The notes under the pieces: model-generated
What the model was told of the DNA's origin: nothing
The model's input: the letters and a program-made list of their open reading frames with translations, nothing else
Database searches by the model: none
Made by a program: the position numbers and the translations under genes
NCBI RefSeq assembly: GCF_964204865.1
Contig: NC_135252.1
Coordinates: forward strand, 11,718,001-11,782,000
Direction of reading: 5' to 3'
DNA length: 64,000 nt
Source of the DNA: Styela clava
Lineage: Eukaryota
In this document: piece by piece, positions 1-15,200 of the stretch
Layout: each line of letters starts with the position of its first letter
How positions within the stretch are numbered: position 1 is the first letter of the stretch

Positions 1-1214
1 CTACCGTTACTGTATATCAAAAGGCTGAATTTGAAGCTGAAAACTGGCTACGCTCTACTTACCGTACCTAACGCTATCTACCTACCTTTCAATATATGGC
101 GTAAAACAGCATTAAAAAGCGGACTGGCTTACGGTATTAATTTCCCTAGTTATATCGATATTACCGATATTCCGATATCGATACTATGTAACTATTACCT
201 AATTAGGGGTGCTGTGTAGAGTAGACGGGTTAAAACAATGGTCTTTGAGCGTTGTTCTTAGTGCACATTATTTCAGATCGAAAAAAAAGATATATCACAT
301 AATATGAAATAAATGTTTGGTGTTTGCTTTAACTGATTAAGATACATTGTACAGTAACGCTAGTGATCTCGGTGTTCAATTAGAAAACTCATAAACCGGG
401 ATGTCCAATTTGAATTTAATGTTAATATCGCGACCTTCGAATATCGGTATTCGTGTTTAAAAGAATATCGAATATCACCCACACATTCTAGCGCCGCCGT
501 CCTATACGTTCAAATAAAAAGCATTTTACAAATGTTTTATTTCGTGGCTAATCTTAATCGTCGACGCAATAAGTCAAAGCCAACATGAAAGAATATCAAT
601 CAGCACCGACAAAGAGAAGGCCTACCTGTAACCGTCGAGGATGTTTTTTTACTTTACTATTTTATAATATTTTACAATTGCTATCATATATTTTGAGACA
701 GTCTAAGCCAGGGCTAGGCGGTCCTGTCAATGTATATATCTATAAAGTAATTGTGTAGTTAAACAAAATTAAAATTAATACCTGCGTAGAGGAATAATTG
801 TGTCGGAATTTAGTTTATCGATGTCGACGGACTAAATGACACTCGTACTTGACGACAAACAGTCAGAATTTATACCCGTGCCAAAAGTCTATGTGCCGTT
901 GATAAGGACCCCAATTCCACTGTATGATTTAAAATTGGGCGCCTAGTTGCTTTTTGTTATGTGCTGCGTTAATATATTTATTCATTATTTCTATGTAATA
1001 TTAAAAATGTCTATATAAAAATTTGACAACGAAAATAGCCAAATTAGTTGAGCTAGTTTGGCTGATAAATAGCTAAAAACACGTGAATCCTATTCTCTCG
1101 CGGGGGTGGGGACATGTATGGCTCATAGCTCACGATCTCTTCAGACAAAAAACAAATTAAAAAGTAGTGTTCCATTTAATCTTTTGAAACATTCTGGGCC
1201 CTATCAAAAAGGTA

Positions 1215-1323
1215 AATATATCGGAAATATCGGCCTTAATCTAACCGATACCGATACATGACTGATACCGAAAAAATGGCCAATATTGCCGATACCGATA
1301 CCCGATACATCGGTACATCTCTA
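1215..1323. mobile_element. Right end of a MITE with (A)CCGAT subterminal repeats
   Basis: Dense ACCGATA/TATCGG repeats ending in ...GTACATCTCTA. Similar repeats occur at ~150-185. The left end was not resolved. Confidence 0.45.
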
Positions 1324-1334
1324 CTGCTTATAAC

Positions 1335-1856
1335 CAGGGCTGCCATAACGTCCTTGTTTCTAAGATTTGTCCTTATGTTGAAGGTCTTTGTCTTAAAAAA
1401 TAATTTTGTCCTTATTTCTAACAAACGTCCTTATTTTGTCACGTGTCCTTATTTTTGTCCTTAATTTATAGGTGAAGGTTCTTATACCAGGCACTTAGAT
1501 TGGTCAATTCGAATGATTGATTTGCTAAAAATTCTATTTTACAACCTCATTGATTTCTACGCGCTCTCATTACATAATAACAGCAAATTAATTGACACAA
1601 TGACAAAACAATAGCCTACAGGCCAAAATCAGTCCATGTAACTTGAATCAAAATATAACTTAAAATTGGGATGGAACAGAAAGTTTCTGAGAATAAAGAA
1701 CTGCTAGAGCAAATCCTGTCTAGTGCAAAATATGATTAGACACGAGTCGCACTGACATGAATATATATTGTTTATAACATTTCGTTCTTTAGTATTCTAT
1801 TAATATGTTTTTCTGGTGTCCTTATTTTTGGGTTCACATCATACCTCGGCAGTCAG
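1335..1856. mobile_element. Degenerate hAT-like MITE
   Basis: Starts CAGGGCTGCCA with multiple subterminal GTCCTTA repeats. The motif recurs near 1818 before a degraded GGCAG end. No clear TSD. Confidence 0.45.
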
Positions 1857-3206
1857 TTAGCTTGTAATGGCATCAATTGAACTTTATCTCTGATATCACA
1901 GGCTCACAGATCTGTGGCGCCGCAATGGGGCATCGTGTTCGAAACAGAAAGTGGGGAATCAGTGTCCCCAGCAGTGATTGCAATTGCCAAAAATGTGTAT
2001 TTGCAAATTTAAGCACTCAATACTTATATTATCAAACTGTATGTCCTATACCAGATTTCTTTAGCGGACCACAGCTTGGGAATAGCATAACACGTCGTAG
2101 AGTTCTAATAAAACGACTGCTTGTATAAAAGTATAGCTTGTCCTCTATCTGCATAAACAACCCATTCATTCAATAACATTTGGTAATATGTTAACAACAT
2201 GCACGATGTTAAATATCCCCTGATATATGTTTAATATCACTCAATATAAGACTAATTACACTTGCTTTGCCGTTTTATTAGAAAGGTGTTCTTATAGGAA
2301 TTTTAAAAGTTGAGTTTCGTTTAAAAGTTCAAAAGTTTAAATACAGCATCTTCATTTGTTTGATATTCATCAATTACTTCAATTCTTTGAAAATAACTTT
2401 GGTTTTGTTCTAACAATTCGAATAGAATGAAATTTTCTTTTTGGCCAACGTTCTTTGTGAAATTATCAAAATAGTGCTGTTCTGAATTCTCATACGTTGC
2501 AACAAAATCACGTTTAAAATACTGTTCCTATTGACTTACATCATGATAACTGACTCATATTGCAAGCTGGAGTAAAATATCTTTCAAAGTTGGATCTAAT
2601 TGCTAACAGCAGAGTTATGTAAGCAATATATACGTAAGCAATTCGGAAACCTATGTATTTTATGTTTATAGGTTTCCGCTTAACGTGTTGTGAATTTCCT
2701 GCAGGTAACTGAGTCAATATTCAAAAATTTCGGTAATTTGATCAAGCAGTAATCTATCCACTTAAGGAGTAATCCAAAGCTCGATTTTATAACCCTCTTT
2801 GCATTGCCAGGCGTGGTGACGTTTTGTCAGACATGAGTGACAAACCCGCCTTCCCGCTTGGGGACAGTCCAAAAATGGATACTATAGCATACGTTCAGTA
2901 AATGCCAATCAGCTTTCTACAGGTATTATAACAAAACACAAACAATCATGTTTGTTTGATATATGATCCGTTATGATAGTTTTACAGACAGGGGAAAATG
3001 AGTCATCATCGAAACTTGGGCTGTTGATATGAAATCTAAGTTTCTGCAGTTGTTGTTTTCCGGCATCTTCAGAAATTCCTTTTTTTTCAAAAAAATTTGA
3101 GTTGAAATATCTATGTTGAAATTATTGACTGGTCAGCGGTTCATGTTGACAAATAGCTGACATAGACTATTATGGCAATTGACCAATAATCTTATTTTTT
3201 TTTTAG

Positions 3207-6200
3207 AAATTAAACTCTCAATGACAGACGATCCAGATTATGGTATTACAGATTCTCCAGACTATAGTCCCACAGAAGTGAGTATGTCACTTTCGAGTGT
3301 TAGTTCTGCTTTATACTTCATTTTGTAATTATTTTTTCAGTATTTTGCCAGTGTCATTGTACTAAGATATTTAGACAAACATTTCGAATCTATTGCCATT
3401 GCATCGCATGTCTAGCATTACTTGCACCCTGGTATCATTGCCTTGGGCTAAAAATTAGAGGTTTTACGCCCTTATTCTGGGGAAATAAATCAAGCTTATT
3501 GACCTCTTTTTGATTACTGCACTTGTTCTACATAGACTATAATCCTGGATATCGAAATTACATATGAATATGACAGTTCATCTACTGATTTGAGCGATAT
3601 CGATTCTGAAGATTTCAAGGCAGAAGCATTGACTGTTCAACAAGAGGTGATATGCTATTACATCAATAAGTTGTAATAAGTTCATTTACTGATCTTTAAA
3701 TCTTAATTAGGCCAGGAAGGCTTGATTAGGACGAGGTGACATTGTTTCAAAATGCCCACGTTCCACCCGGACAAGGCTTATACGAGAGTCACGGATAAGT
3801 AAAATGCTTCTATTTTGGGAAGAACAGAAATTTTCCGGATTCATTATTGCCTATTCTGGTTATAGCGCTGAGATCGGGCTGAAACGGGGGTCATTAACCT
3901 TTTACTCAAAGAGGGATCAAGCGCTCTGGGCCGTCTGGTTCTATGCTTCGAAAATAAAATTAAATCGTGTTATTAAATTATTGATTTGGTATATTTCCAG
4001 CTTATTATTGATGTTTACAGTTTGCCACACCAAGATCATCACCCAGCTTTTGCTTTATAGGCTACTTGATGCAATTTAACTTTTTAATATTTTGACACAA
4101 ACCTAGTCGAATACCCTGTAACAAATTAAATGGCTATATTCGAGTTATCACAATTGGATGTGTTGTATGTGATTACACAAATTTCTTGTATAATAATTAA
4201 GAACAGTGAATATGAAAAAATTCTACGTTGTTTTTAGAATATAGTATTCTGGAATAGTTCAGGCCAATGAACTAATATTATTTTAACGAAACCTCTTCAC
4301 TTGTTAATACAAATGCTGTTCTTATTTGCCGGTAATGCTTTTTTGCAACGATTCAAATTCAAATTTTCATGAAATCGATATAATTTTGTTCTATTCCAGC
4401 TTACTTTGCATCTTGTTGGTAAACTAGCATCACAAGGAATACTTGTTACTCCTCCAAACGAGGTATGTATGATTTTGTATTATCAATTCAAATTGTTGTT
4501 AATGACTAATCTGCCAAGCAAATCAGCTAGCTAGTTTGAAGTTGAATTCATGATATCACAACTAGAAACTCATTCAAACTGACCTTACTTTTTTATTTGA
4601 ACCTAAAACACAAGCATTCAAATACATCAATCATTGTTTTCAAAAATTTTTGTTTGTTAAAATTGTACTCAAGTCTCAACCCCACCCAAAAGACAGGCCC
4701 GACTTACATTCCGACGAATTGGACTTCGGACGTTGTGTTTGTTTTCACGTGAACAAGAAGTAAGAATTTTAATGTTTAGTCAAAATTTAATTCATGCCTA
4801 ATATGCTTAGTCTATGATTTCTGCGAAAATTTTTGATGCTGCTGTGATTAAATTTCTTCTTCGTTTGCAGTTAGACATTAAGATAAATAGTTTGCGTAGT
4901 GTGGGAAGTGAGACGCAAGTTGCTCTGACAATAGAAGCTCAAACTGTTTCAATTGAGCAACTCAATGGAGCATTGGAGTCATTGGTCACTGATGACGATG
5001 TTGGAATCAATGGAAGGGCAATCACGTCTATAGGTTAGTAGACCGAGGTTTTTATCCTATCTAATGTGCCTATGAAAAAGTGGACATTAGAATGGGTATA
5101 AATAGCATACTGACTTTTCTGTTTCAAATTCTATAAGATATAACTACTGCATAATCACATTTCATATCGTCACGCTAATAACCGAATTGCGTAAGTCATT
5201 TTTAGCAGTTTTGAGAAAAACGTAAAAAACTTCCTAATGATATTGTTATGCAATTGAGAGTCAATAATTTGCCATGGTTCAATTTTTTGATCGTGGCCGG
5301 ATTTAAGTTAATTTGTATGACGCAGTTAGGTGACGTCACAATGGCGCATTGTGACTTAGGCAGAAATGTGTCTATGACTTGGGGACATACGCAATTTTGC
5401 AACTTTACTATATGCACCAGTATGGTGGCCCATCGTTGTCACGCGTAAAATTGAAAATAAAAATAAAAAATAAAATTAAAAACCGAAAATAAAAAAATAG
5501 TTGTGAAAAAACATAAAAATNNNNNNNNNNNNNNNNNNNNNNNNNNNNNNNNNNNNNNNNNNNNNNNNNNNNNNNNNNNNNNNNNNNNNNNNNNNNNNNN
5601 NNNNNNNNNNNNNNNNNNNNNNNNNNNNNNNNNNNNNNNNNNNNNNNNNATAAAAAGGTTGACAACGATGGTTCGCCTCGTGGCCCATCGTTGTCACGCG
5701 TTTTTATTTTCAGAAAATTTGCTTCTGCTTGGGACCAACGTTGTCAGGCATAATCCTACGCGCACAAATGTGTTCCCTGGGTTTCCAACTCACTACTGAT
5801 TTTCTTGAGCAATATTCAATGTGAAAATGTTCTATAAATTCTCCATGCTACAAGTTCAACGAGAAGTAATATATTTATAATAATGATAAGAGAATATAGA
5901 ATTGAATACGAAAATTCGGAAAATTTGTTTTTACGTGTAGAAGGTAATTTTATTGGAGAATGCTGCTTAGCTATTCAGTTGTCTGGACACTCGCGATGCC
6001 GGTACCGTACCGTCTTACCAAATACCGATAGTCGGTTATAGTCGCTTTGCGTCTGACCGTACCGGTAGCCATGCAATCACTCATGAAAGAATGGGAGATA
6101 CGGATAGTCTCGTAGAATATAGACTACTGAAACACTCTCTTTCCGTACAGCCGTAACGTACCGATCCAGACAAATGATAAATCGCCCGTGCTCAACCATT

Positions 6201-9200
6201 TATTTCAATCCATACCTCGATCCTAGTAGAATATAGTGAGTCGAGGTATGGATTGAAATAAATGATTGAGCACGGGCGATTGATTTGTCATACGAGACTA
6301 TCCGTATCTCCCATTCTTTCATGAGTGATTGCATGGGTACCGGTACGGTCAGACGGTACCGTACCGGCATCGCACGAGTGTCCACAGACTCCAGACAACT
6401 GAGCAGTTAAGCAGCATTTTTCAATTCAATTACCTTCTACACGTAAAAACAAATTTTCGTATTCAATTCTATATTCTCTTATCATTATTATAAATATATT
6501 GCTTGTGGTTGAACTTGTAGCATGGAGAATTTATAGAACATTTTCGTTTTGAATTTATTGGATATTGCTCTTGAAAATCAGTAGTGAGTTAGAAACCCAG
6601 GAAACACATTTGTGCGTGTAGGATTAAGCCTAACAACGTTGGTCCCAAGCAGCATCAAATTTTCTAAAAATAAAAACGCGTGACAACGATGGGCCACGAG
6701 GCGGACCATCGTTGTCAACCTTTTTATTTTCTTTTTATCCAATTTTTTTTTTTTTTCAATTTTTTTTTTTTTTTTTTTTTTCGTTTATTTATTTTTTTTT
6801 TGTTTTTATTTTCAATTTTTTTTTTAATTTTAATTTTTTTTTCTTTTCTTTTTTTTCAATTATTTTTATGTTTTTTCACAACTATTTTTTTATTCTCGCT
6901 TTTTCATTTTATTTTTTCATTTTTTTTTTAATTTTACGCGTGACAACGATGGGCCACCATACACCAGTCCTGAAAACTAAACATTTCAAAAACGAATGTA
7001 ATTCTCACTATCTACAATGTATAATCCCCAAAATAGCTAATCAGTTTCAATTGCATTATTTTTTATGTTTAAAAATATATGTTTCATCAATATAACATGT
7101 TCTGCACACCCACCGAAATGAGAATGAGAATAAATATAAAGAATATAACAGCAATGCACCCAATATAAAAGCCAACCAAGGTGAATTGGACTCGGACAGT
7201 GAATATCACAAGTGCACGTCTTCCTATACTGTAGTATAAATTCAAATTAATACGCGCTAAGCTAGAATCCGAGATGCAAAAACTGGAAAATACTTCGCCG
7301 AGGTTATTTTGCCTTTGTGACGTCACAATAGTACTCCTGTAACCATGATAATTCATTATGACGAAACAATTGCACAAATGTGCATGTCATACTAAATCTG
7401 CATTTTTATAGGTTTCGGAATTCTTAAAATAAAATCTGAGTTAACAGACAGGTGCGCAGCCTTACATAAATACCTATTTTAATAAAAACTCAAAATCGCC
7501 AAAAATGACTTACGCAATTCGGTTATTAGCGTGACGATATTATAGATACAGTGGTGATAATAAGAAAATATTTTTACTACAGTTTAAAATCGATTCTAAT
7601 TTGCAAGACCTATATTCAAAAATAATTCACAATAAATAAGAAGAATAAAAGTGTAAATGAATACATTGCGTGGGTGATTTATGACGAATAATATCAATAT
7701 AAACGGTATTTTTCAGAGGAGGTGTCAAGATCAGTAGCCTATATTTATGATGACGGGGATGAGATGCCACCCATGGATATGGAAGGTACAAAAAATTTAT
7801 TTTTTTAAGAAATCAAGATAAAATACATTCTAATTAATCAATATTTATTCTTAAGCTTCTTAAATTCTTTATTTATTCTTCTTATTCCATAAGCGAATTA
7901 TTTTTGCAGTTATGGGGCCTCATGACTACGCAGACGACTTACTGAATGGAGAAAGAGTTCCTCCAGATGACAGTAGGTATTTTTATTCCTCGGCACAAGT
8001 AAGAAATAGGCAGCTATGTACGATAGCTGTACCTGAGTACGATTAAATTTTAGACGAATGCGTGTTTTAAAATCATACTCGACGGCGACAGTGAACGGGT
8101 ACATCCAAAATTAGAAGTTGGATCTCAGGTTAAATAAGATTTAAACTTCCTGGCTCACTTATTGGGCTTGCATACGAGGATCGTATAGGAACGTCAATAT
8201 AAGTCGTCTGATCTGATATTCAATAAAATTTTCACCGTTAATTTTTCTTGGTTCAAAAAATCATGTCTGTTATTTATTACTAGAATATACGCATCCATGA
8301 TACCAAAGTTAGAACTGATAAAGTTTGTATTCAGATACTCTCATTCCTCCAATTGACTCAGAAGTTATGTTCCCAAAAGATACAGACGATATTCTGAATG
8401 GTGGTGATTCATTGAATGGAAATGATTACGGTAAATTAATTTCATTACATTGATTTCCTAAAATGTTAATTCTCTCTCACACATAGTTTGTAAAATACCG
8501 TCACAAACGTGAATCATAACTTTTAAAAATGAATATGTATTTTTCATTGTTAGGTAATATTAAAAAAAGTTTCAAAATTGAAAAAGTGCAAATAGAGGTT
8601 TTTTATTATTTATCTAAATCAAAAAAGCAACTATTCGGATATGTGGACACCAATTTTTGTATGGGTAGTATGTCTTTAAGTAGTCAGGGTGACGCGTCAT
8701 AGGTTTGCGAGCTAGAAGCAGATTTGGTACAAGCCTCATTCAAGACATTGTAAATATGGGATTGTGAAAGCAAAATCGTGAAAGAAACCCCACTTTCCCA
8801 TATACTCACAGTTAGTCCGGCACCTTCACTCGCCGCCATTATCCTCCCAAGCTTTTAATTTCCAGGTGTTCAAAGTGTTCCAAGTTCCAATTGTTTAAAA
8901 TTTAGGAGGTAGTAGATTTTTTTGCGACTAGCGATAAATTTATTTATAACTTATAAAATGTGTTATGTGATTGACTGACCGTCTGTACTGGTATAAATGC
9001 CTCTTTCTGAATATCCGGATACAATTATATGCAGGTTAAGAATTAAACTGTGGTATCACACCTCAAAATCAACTTCGGGAGTACCTCATATTCATGTTAA
9101 AATACTGAAAATATAAAAAGCGGTCGATTGGAACACGGTTTTTATACTAACAGAAACATTTTGGCAACAAGGCCATTAAACCCACTCCCATATACAGGGT

Positions 9201-12200
9201 AGTAGAAGCAAGTTGAATTGTTGATAAACTTTTCTGCAAAATAAAAACAAATCAAAGGCTAATGCTAATTTAGATCATTATTTTATTTTAGAACCTGTAC
9301 CGGATTATGGCGATTATACAGCGCCATCTACTGGAGAAAGACTTCCTCCTGGTAAGACTTTGCTGTAACTTATCTACTGCTGTAATGCATATAAAAAGTA
9401 TGGACTACCGGTAGAATAACAGTTCCAACAGGGTGTATTAACAATTTTTGCTATCATTTCAAGAGTCAAGGTTGATAATTTATTCTATGATTTTATCAAT
9501 CATCATTGGTGTATGCTTTCAGTCCTTCAATTATTGGTTTAAAAGTTCACTTTCTGTAATCGCAAGCACCAAGTATATGATAGAATATTAATAAAAAGCC
9601 ATAACTTGAAATTATTGTGTTTTTCAAATATGTTCAGCTACTCCTACAACATTGTGTTTATTTAGATGCGTCAGTAACATGCCCATCCATCATTGCACCA
9701 GAGCGTGGCGTAATGGAATGTCTAAACGGGAATGGCATTGGATCTATTTGCCTCTTTACGTGTGATGAGGACACAAATATGGAGGGTAGTGATTCGATTA
9801 TATGTGACGCTGATGGAGCCTGGAGTGCAGATGTGCCATATTGCGTCCGTAAGTTAGATTTCCCTGAAACGTAATTCTAACATATGGGGAACTTAATATA
9901 TACTTATGAACTTTCGTATACAGTGTTTTATTTCATTCAGTAATTGAAGATGTCATAATCACAGTTTGTGAATAGTATATCAGTAAAATTTTTCTCACTA
10001 CACAAAAATATAAATTAATTAAACAAAATTTATTCGGAATTTATTTTTGAATCAACTAAATATATAGTCGGAATAAAACTGTTAATCATTTGATATTACG
10101 CAACCATTTAATACAGGAATATATTGTCAACCTCACCACATTACTCTTGACAACGGAGGTGTAGATTGCACCGACAGTAATACTTTTCAATCGGTTTGCA
10201 TGTTTACATGCAACGATAGACACACGATGACTGGAAGTAAATCTGTTATTTGCCAGAAAAATGAATCCTGGTCAGATCCAGCACCTATGTGTGAACCAGG
10301 TAAAATCAAGACATTTGGTTTAATTTTTGTAATATAGGTTTTGTTTCGGAAACTTGGAATCCCAATGTACATGAAGCGCTAACTTAACAGTTGAAGTGAA
10401 ATATGTATATATATCCACACAATTGTCGTAACGCAATGAACTGAAACCTAAAGTATGTCACGCCGCGGCCAGAAAAGATCTAATTGATCGACTATCAAGA
10501 AAGTATATGAAAGAAGCAAAAGCTTGAAGTTGTAGGTATAACCGTGTCACACACACATTTGAAGAGAGAATATATATATATATATAACTATTTTATCTTC
10601 ATATTTGATGTACTTCATTTGAATTACTTTTTCATTAGATCCCGTAAACTGCGAAGAAGAGTATGGTGATTGGTCTGCTTGTGAAAACGGAAAACGTATT
10701 AAAGAAAGTGTCATGATTTCGTCGTCATCAACATCAGTCGTGTGCCCTGAAATTGTGGAAGGTCTGTTTCAAGCAATACAAAAACGTGTTAGAAAATAAC
10801 GGCGTTTTCAGATGCGATTCTTCCAATTGCCTCGAGTTTTTCTTTTTGCTGCAATTACTTTTAACTTTCTACTTCGTTCATTTGTTTATTGTTTGTTTTG
10901 AATCTCTAGATTGCATCAACTGTGAACTTGACTGGGGTCCCTGGGAAGAATGTGATGATGGAGTGAGATCACGCACTCAGTACGTACTGAAGGAGAAAGT
11001 AGGGGCTGGAGAGGACTGCCCGGAACCAAAAGTGTCACAGCAACGTATGTTGCTATACCTCATGGTTTTATGTATAATTTAAAATGAGAATATATTCATA
11101 TAAACAAGTAGATGCCACTTTGGTATGTGATTTCAGCTGTTGTGTGATTTCAGTGATTTTAGTATCAACCTAACTCTAGCCCAACGATGGCAGGGTTGGT
11201 GCCACATTGGTATGTGTTTAATATTCTAAAGACATTACCATAGATTTCATTTCCCAGCCATAATTCGAACTAAAATCCCTGAGATCACACACCCGCAGAG
11301 ATTGCATACCGAAGTAGCAACAATAAATATACTCAGCAATTATATGTATATTGTGGAATGCTATTCTTGTTTCAAATTTCAAAGAGGGAAAGTTCACCTG
11401 ATTGATCTGCCAATTCTACTCGCATCTTCGACGAAAATTTTATATGACCCTTAGTTTATGTCACATGATAAACTAGATCTGTTTTGTTGAATTTGCATAT
11501 ATGTTGTTCTGTAATTTATTATTACAGAATGCTTCGATTGTGTTATTGAGTGGGGAGAGTGGTCAACATGTTCAGGAGGGACTAGAACTCGATCACAGTA
11601 TGTGAAAGTGACACCTGTAGGAGGTTCTGAATGTCCACCTCGAGAGACGGAAACACAAGGCAAGTTAATATTTATATTTCAAGAGTTACTCAGTTCAGTC
11701 GCAAAATTCTATTTTAGTTTGTTAATTACTAAGATCTGATTGCTTAATGATATTTTGTAAATGTTTGTTTATCCTCGATTTTCTGCAGATTGTGTCGATT
11801 GTGTCGTTGAATGGTCTGAATGGTCCGATTGCTACAAGGGTGAAGCGGCGAGAACGCAATACATAACACAAGCTGCGGCCAACGGAGGAAAAGAATGTCC
11901 GTTATTAGAACTTGAAAAAGAGAGTATGTGTATTCTTATTGCTTATATTTCATTCATTAGGACGTGAACATATCTACAGTCATTCTTATTGAAATTCTTA
12001 TAATTTTTTTAATTTTTATTTAACATTAAAAAGTGTACAATAAAGTAGAAGTTCCTTTTAAAATACATGTGCGCACCGGTTATATGTTTTATAATTACCA
12101 ATATTTACTTACAGATCATGGTAGATTGTCTTACATTGTCACACATTCACATTTGTTAAGATGCAACAATATTTAAAACTTGTATCAAATTAAATGTTCA

Positions 12201-15200
12201 TAATATTTTGTATGTGTACAGAATGTACAGACTGTGTTGAGGGATGGGGTGAATGGAGCACATGTACAGATAACGTCAGCATAAGACAAGAGATTATTCT
12301 TGTTGAACCTGAAGGAAGAGGAAAACAATGTACTGAACTTCTTCAGTCGGAAGAACAAGGTATGTGGCCACGATGATACAGAAATAATAATGCTTAGTCT
12401 GAATCATTAAAACAAATCGTGAAACAATTTAGCAAGCTTTTATAACGTTGATATACTTGGATGATATAAAAAGAAGAGGCAAAGCGAAAAATCAGGATGG
12501 TTTTACATATATCTTACTTTTGTTCCACTTTGTGATTCGTTAAATCAATCCTTCAAATTTAACAGGACAATCTTTATACTTTAGTTTATCAACATTAAAA
12601 ATTAATCATAATAAAAATAATTTAAAATTATAGTGTTTTATTTTTATACAGCATCTAAAGTAAGAAAATATGAGTTCTTCCTATTACAGAATGCAGGAAT
12701 TGTGAAGTTGCTTGGTCTGACTGGGGCGAATGTGAGGCAGGTGCGAGAAGCCGACAACTTGAAATTATATCTCCGGCGATTGGAAACGGAGCTCAGTGTC
12801 CTCCTGGATTAGACGAAGAAACTGAAGGTATGGCCCAAAAGACATTGAATATCCTTTTTTTTCGTTTTTTTCATTGATCGATTATTCAATCGCGGGTTAC
12901 ACGTTCAATGAAACTTTGTCATTCCAAAAATCCAGTTTGTCAAATGGTATCTTGCCCTAACTTATTTTACCGCATTGTATTTTAACAAATGAACAGAATG
13001 CGTACATTGCGAAATGGAGTGGGGAGATTGGGGAGAATGCATAGAAGGTCAACGTCAGAGAACTGAAGTTATAGTTGTTGAACCAAGAGGAGCAGGAGAT
13101 CCCTGTCGTTCACCAAATTCTGATTCTAAGAGTAAATATTACAATTTTTTATAGCAAAAATTTACCTGAGTGGTGCAACAAAATTATAAATAACAATAAT
13201 ATTTTATTTGTTTAAATCACTGTGAATACTTCTGTTTTATTGGTTTTCAATTAAACTTTCAAACTCAGTAGCTTTAGTATCAAAGTATAATACGTGTGAA
13301 TAACACCACCAATATTCAGATACCCTATACGGTACCCTAATTTGAAAGTCACTTTAGGCAAAATGCGTATAGTAAAAATATCTCAATATATTTTGAGCCA
13401 AAAATTATAATCATATAGTTATGGTATCGTTTTTTAAATACATTGAAATAACAGACATTGTTTTCAAAATCGTTTAAAACCTACCACGATGTCATACAGG
13501 TTGTGCCAAATGCGAGATATCATGGGGAGATTGGACAGTATGTGAGAATCAAAAGAGGGAAAGAAAACAGTTCATCAGTCAAGCACCTTTTGAAGTTGAA
13601 GAACCATGCCCCGAACTTGATACTGAAGAAGAAGGTGTGTCAGGCCGTTGGCTGAGTGTTCACACTCATTAATGGATATGTTTCATCAATACTTTTCTAA
13701 ATAAAAAGAGTCATTTGTCAGAATTGTATTTTAAAAATAGGGCTACAATACGAAAAATTGAGGAACTCGCCTCGAATCTCAGCGAACGAGAAAATAACAA
13801 TATGGCGGCCATTCGAAATCTTTGTCTGAACCGATTCGAATAATTTACTATTCGACGCGAATATTTGTTTCAAAATGCCCAGCCCTATCACGAACACAGT
13901 CGATTGTAGTTGATGTCATCAGCTAAAAATCAATGTCAGTGGGACTTTATCGACTCTTTGATTTGTAATAATTTAGGGAAAACACCAAATCACATCAGTA
14001 TTAATGCACATTTTACAGCTTGTATTGACTGTGTATCGTCCTGGGGTCCGTGGGGCGAATGCTTGAATGGACTACAAGAGAGAACTTTGATTATTGAAGA
14101 AGATCCAGTAGGTGCAGGAGAAGCTTGCCCAGAAGAGAATTATGAAGTTCAAGGTGAAACTTTTACGTTGGCAATTGACACTAGGATAGGGTTGAATTTA
14201 CAATTATAATATTTATCTCGAGGGAGAGGAAATCCGATGGACAGCTTAATCATATGACGAACCACGGCCTCCAGTCCGGTTATACCAGTCCATGTCGGAT
14301 ATGAGATTAGTTAGCCGATTATTTGTTTTCCGAAGCATGGCATGGCACTGAAAATTTAAATAACGACTTCAAATTCTGCAGAGTTTTCCTCGACTATTGT
14401 TTTGCAGTTTTACATTAGTTGGGTGTTCATAGCAACTTTGTATGTATTTATTTATAAATTAGTAATTTTGCATTTTACATAGAGTGCTGCTTCTATGAGT
14501 GGGGTGAATGGAGCGAGTGCGAAAACGGCGATAGAACTCGAAATGAACAAATTGTTGTCCAACCACAAGGGGAAACTTGTCCACCAGGGAAACAGGAATT
14601 TGAATGTAAGTTAAACCAGGAAGATAGTAAGTTTCGAAAAAAATTGTGACGATATTATGAGAGTTTTTGCTGCATGTATTTTTGTAGTTTTTTTTCGCAT
14701 TTTCCGCTGTACAGATCATTTTTCCTATTCATTATATTATATTCTGATAATTTGTTTTTAAGGGATACAAGCCTATTTTAAATTTTTTATACGAAAGCTT
14801 TTTCAATGAGAATTGTTTTTTACAATTCAATTACAATTTTGATTATTATGGCGTAAGCGTGATAGTTGAATACTCATTTAATTTACCAGTAGTTTATTCG
14901 CCCTACATTTTTGGTACACCTGTATATAATAGTTGCTATGATTATACCGTCCTAATATTGATTTACCAGCACCCAGGGTAAATAATGCAAAAACGCTGCA
15001 GCCGATATCATATTACATTACGTGAAGGATTGGAAATTATGAAATGAGTATTTTTTGAAGATACATTTCACAATTCCTTTAGCATGCGTTGACTGCATTG
15101 TGGAATGGGGACCTTGGGGTGAAGAATGTATAGATAACACCGTGTTTAGATACCAATTCATAAAGCAAGCCCCAGTTGGAGCCGGAGATATTTGCCCTGA

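Larger units (their letters stand above)
5167..7537. mobile_element. TA-flanked non-autonomous DNA transposon (Tc1/mariner-like termini) in an intron
   Basis: TIR TCGTCACGCTAATAACCGAATTGCGTAAGTCATTTTT at 5167 and its exact reverse complement ending at 7537, with TA on both sides. Confidence 0.85.

Noticed and set aside
2811-2922. Candidate 5' exon of the large gene reading RGDVLSDMSDKPAF...
   Set aside because: No phase-consistent connection to neighbouring exons could be built, and the frame hits a stop.
5408-7095. Phe-rich or X-containing ORFs
   Set aside because: Translations of T-rich/A-rich transposon arms and the N gap.
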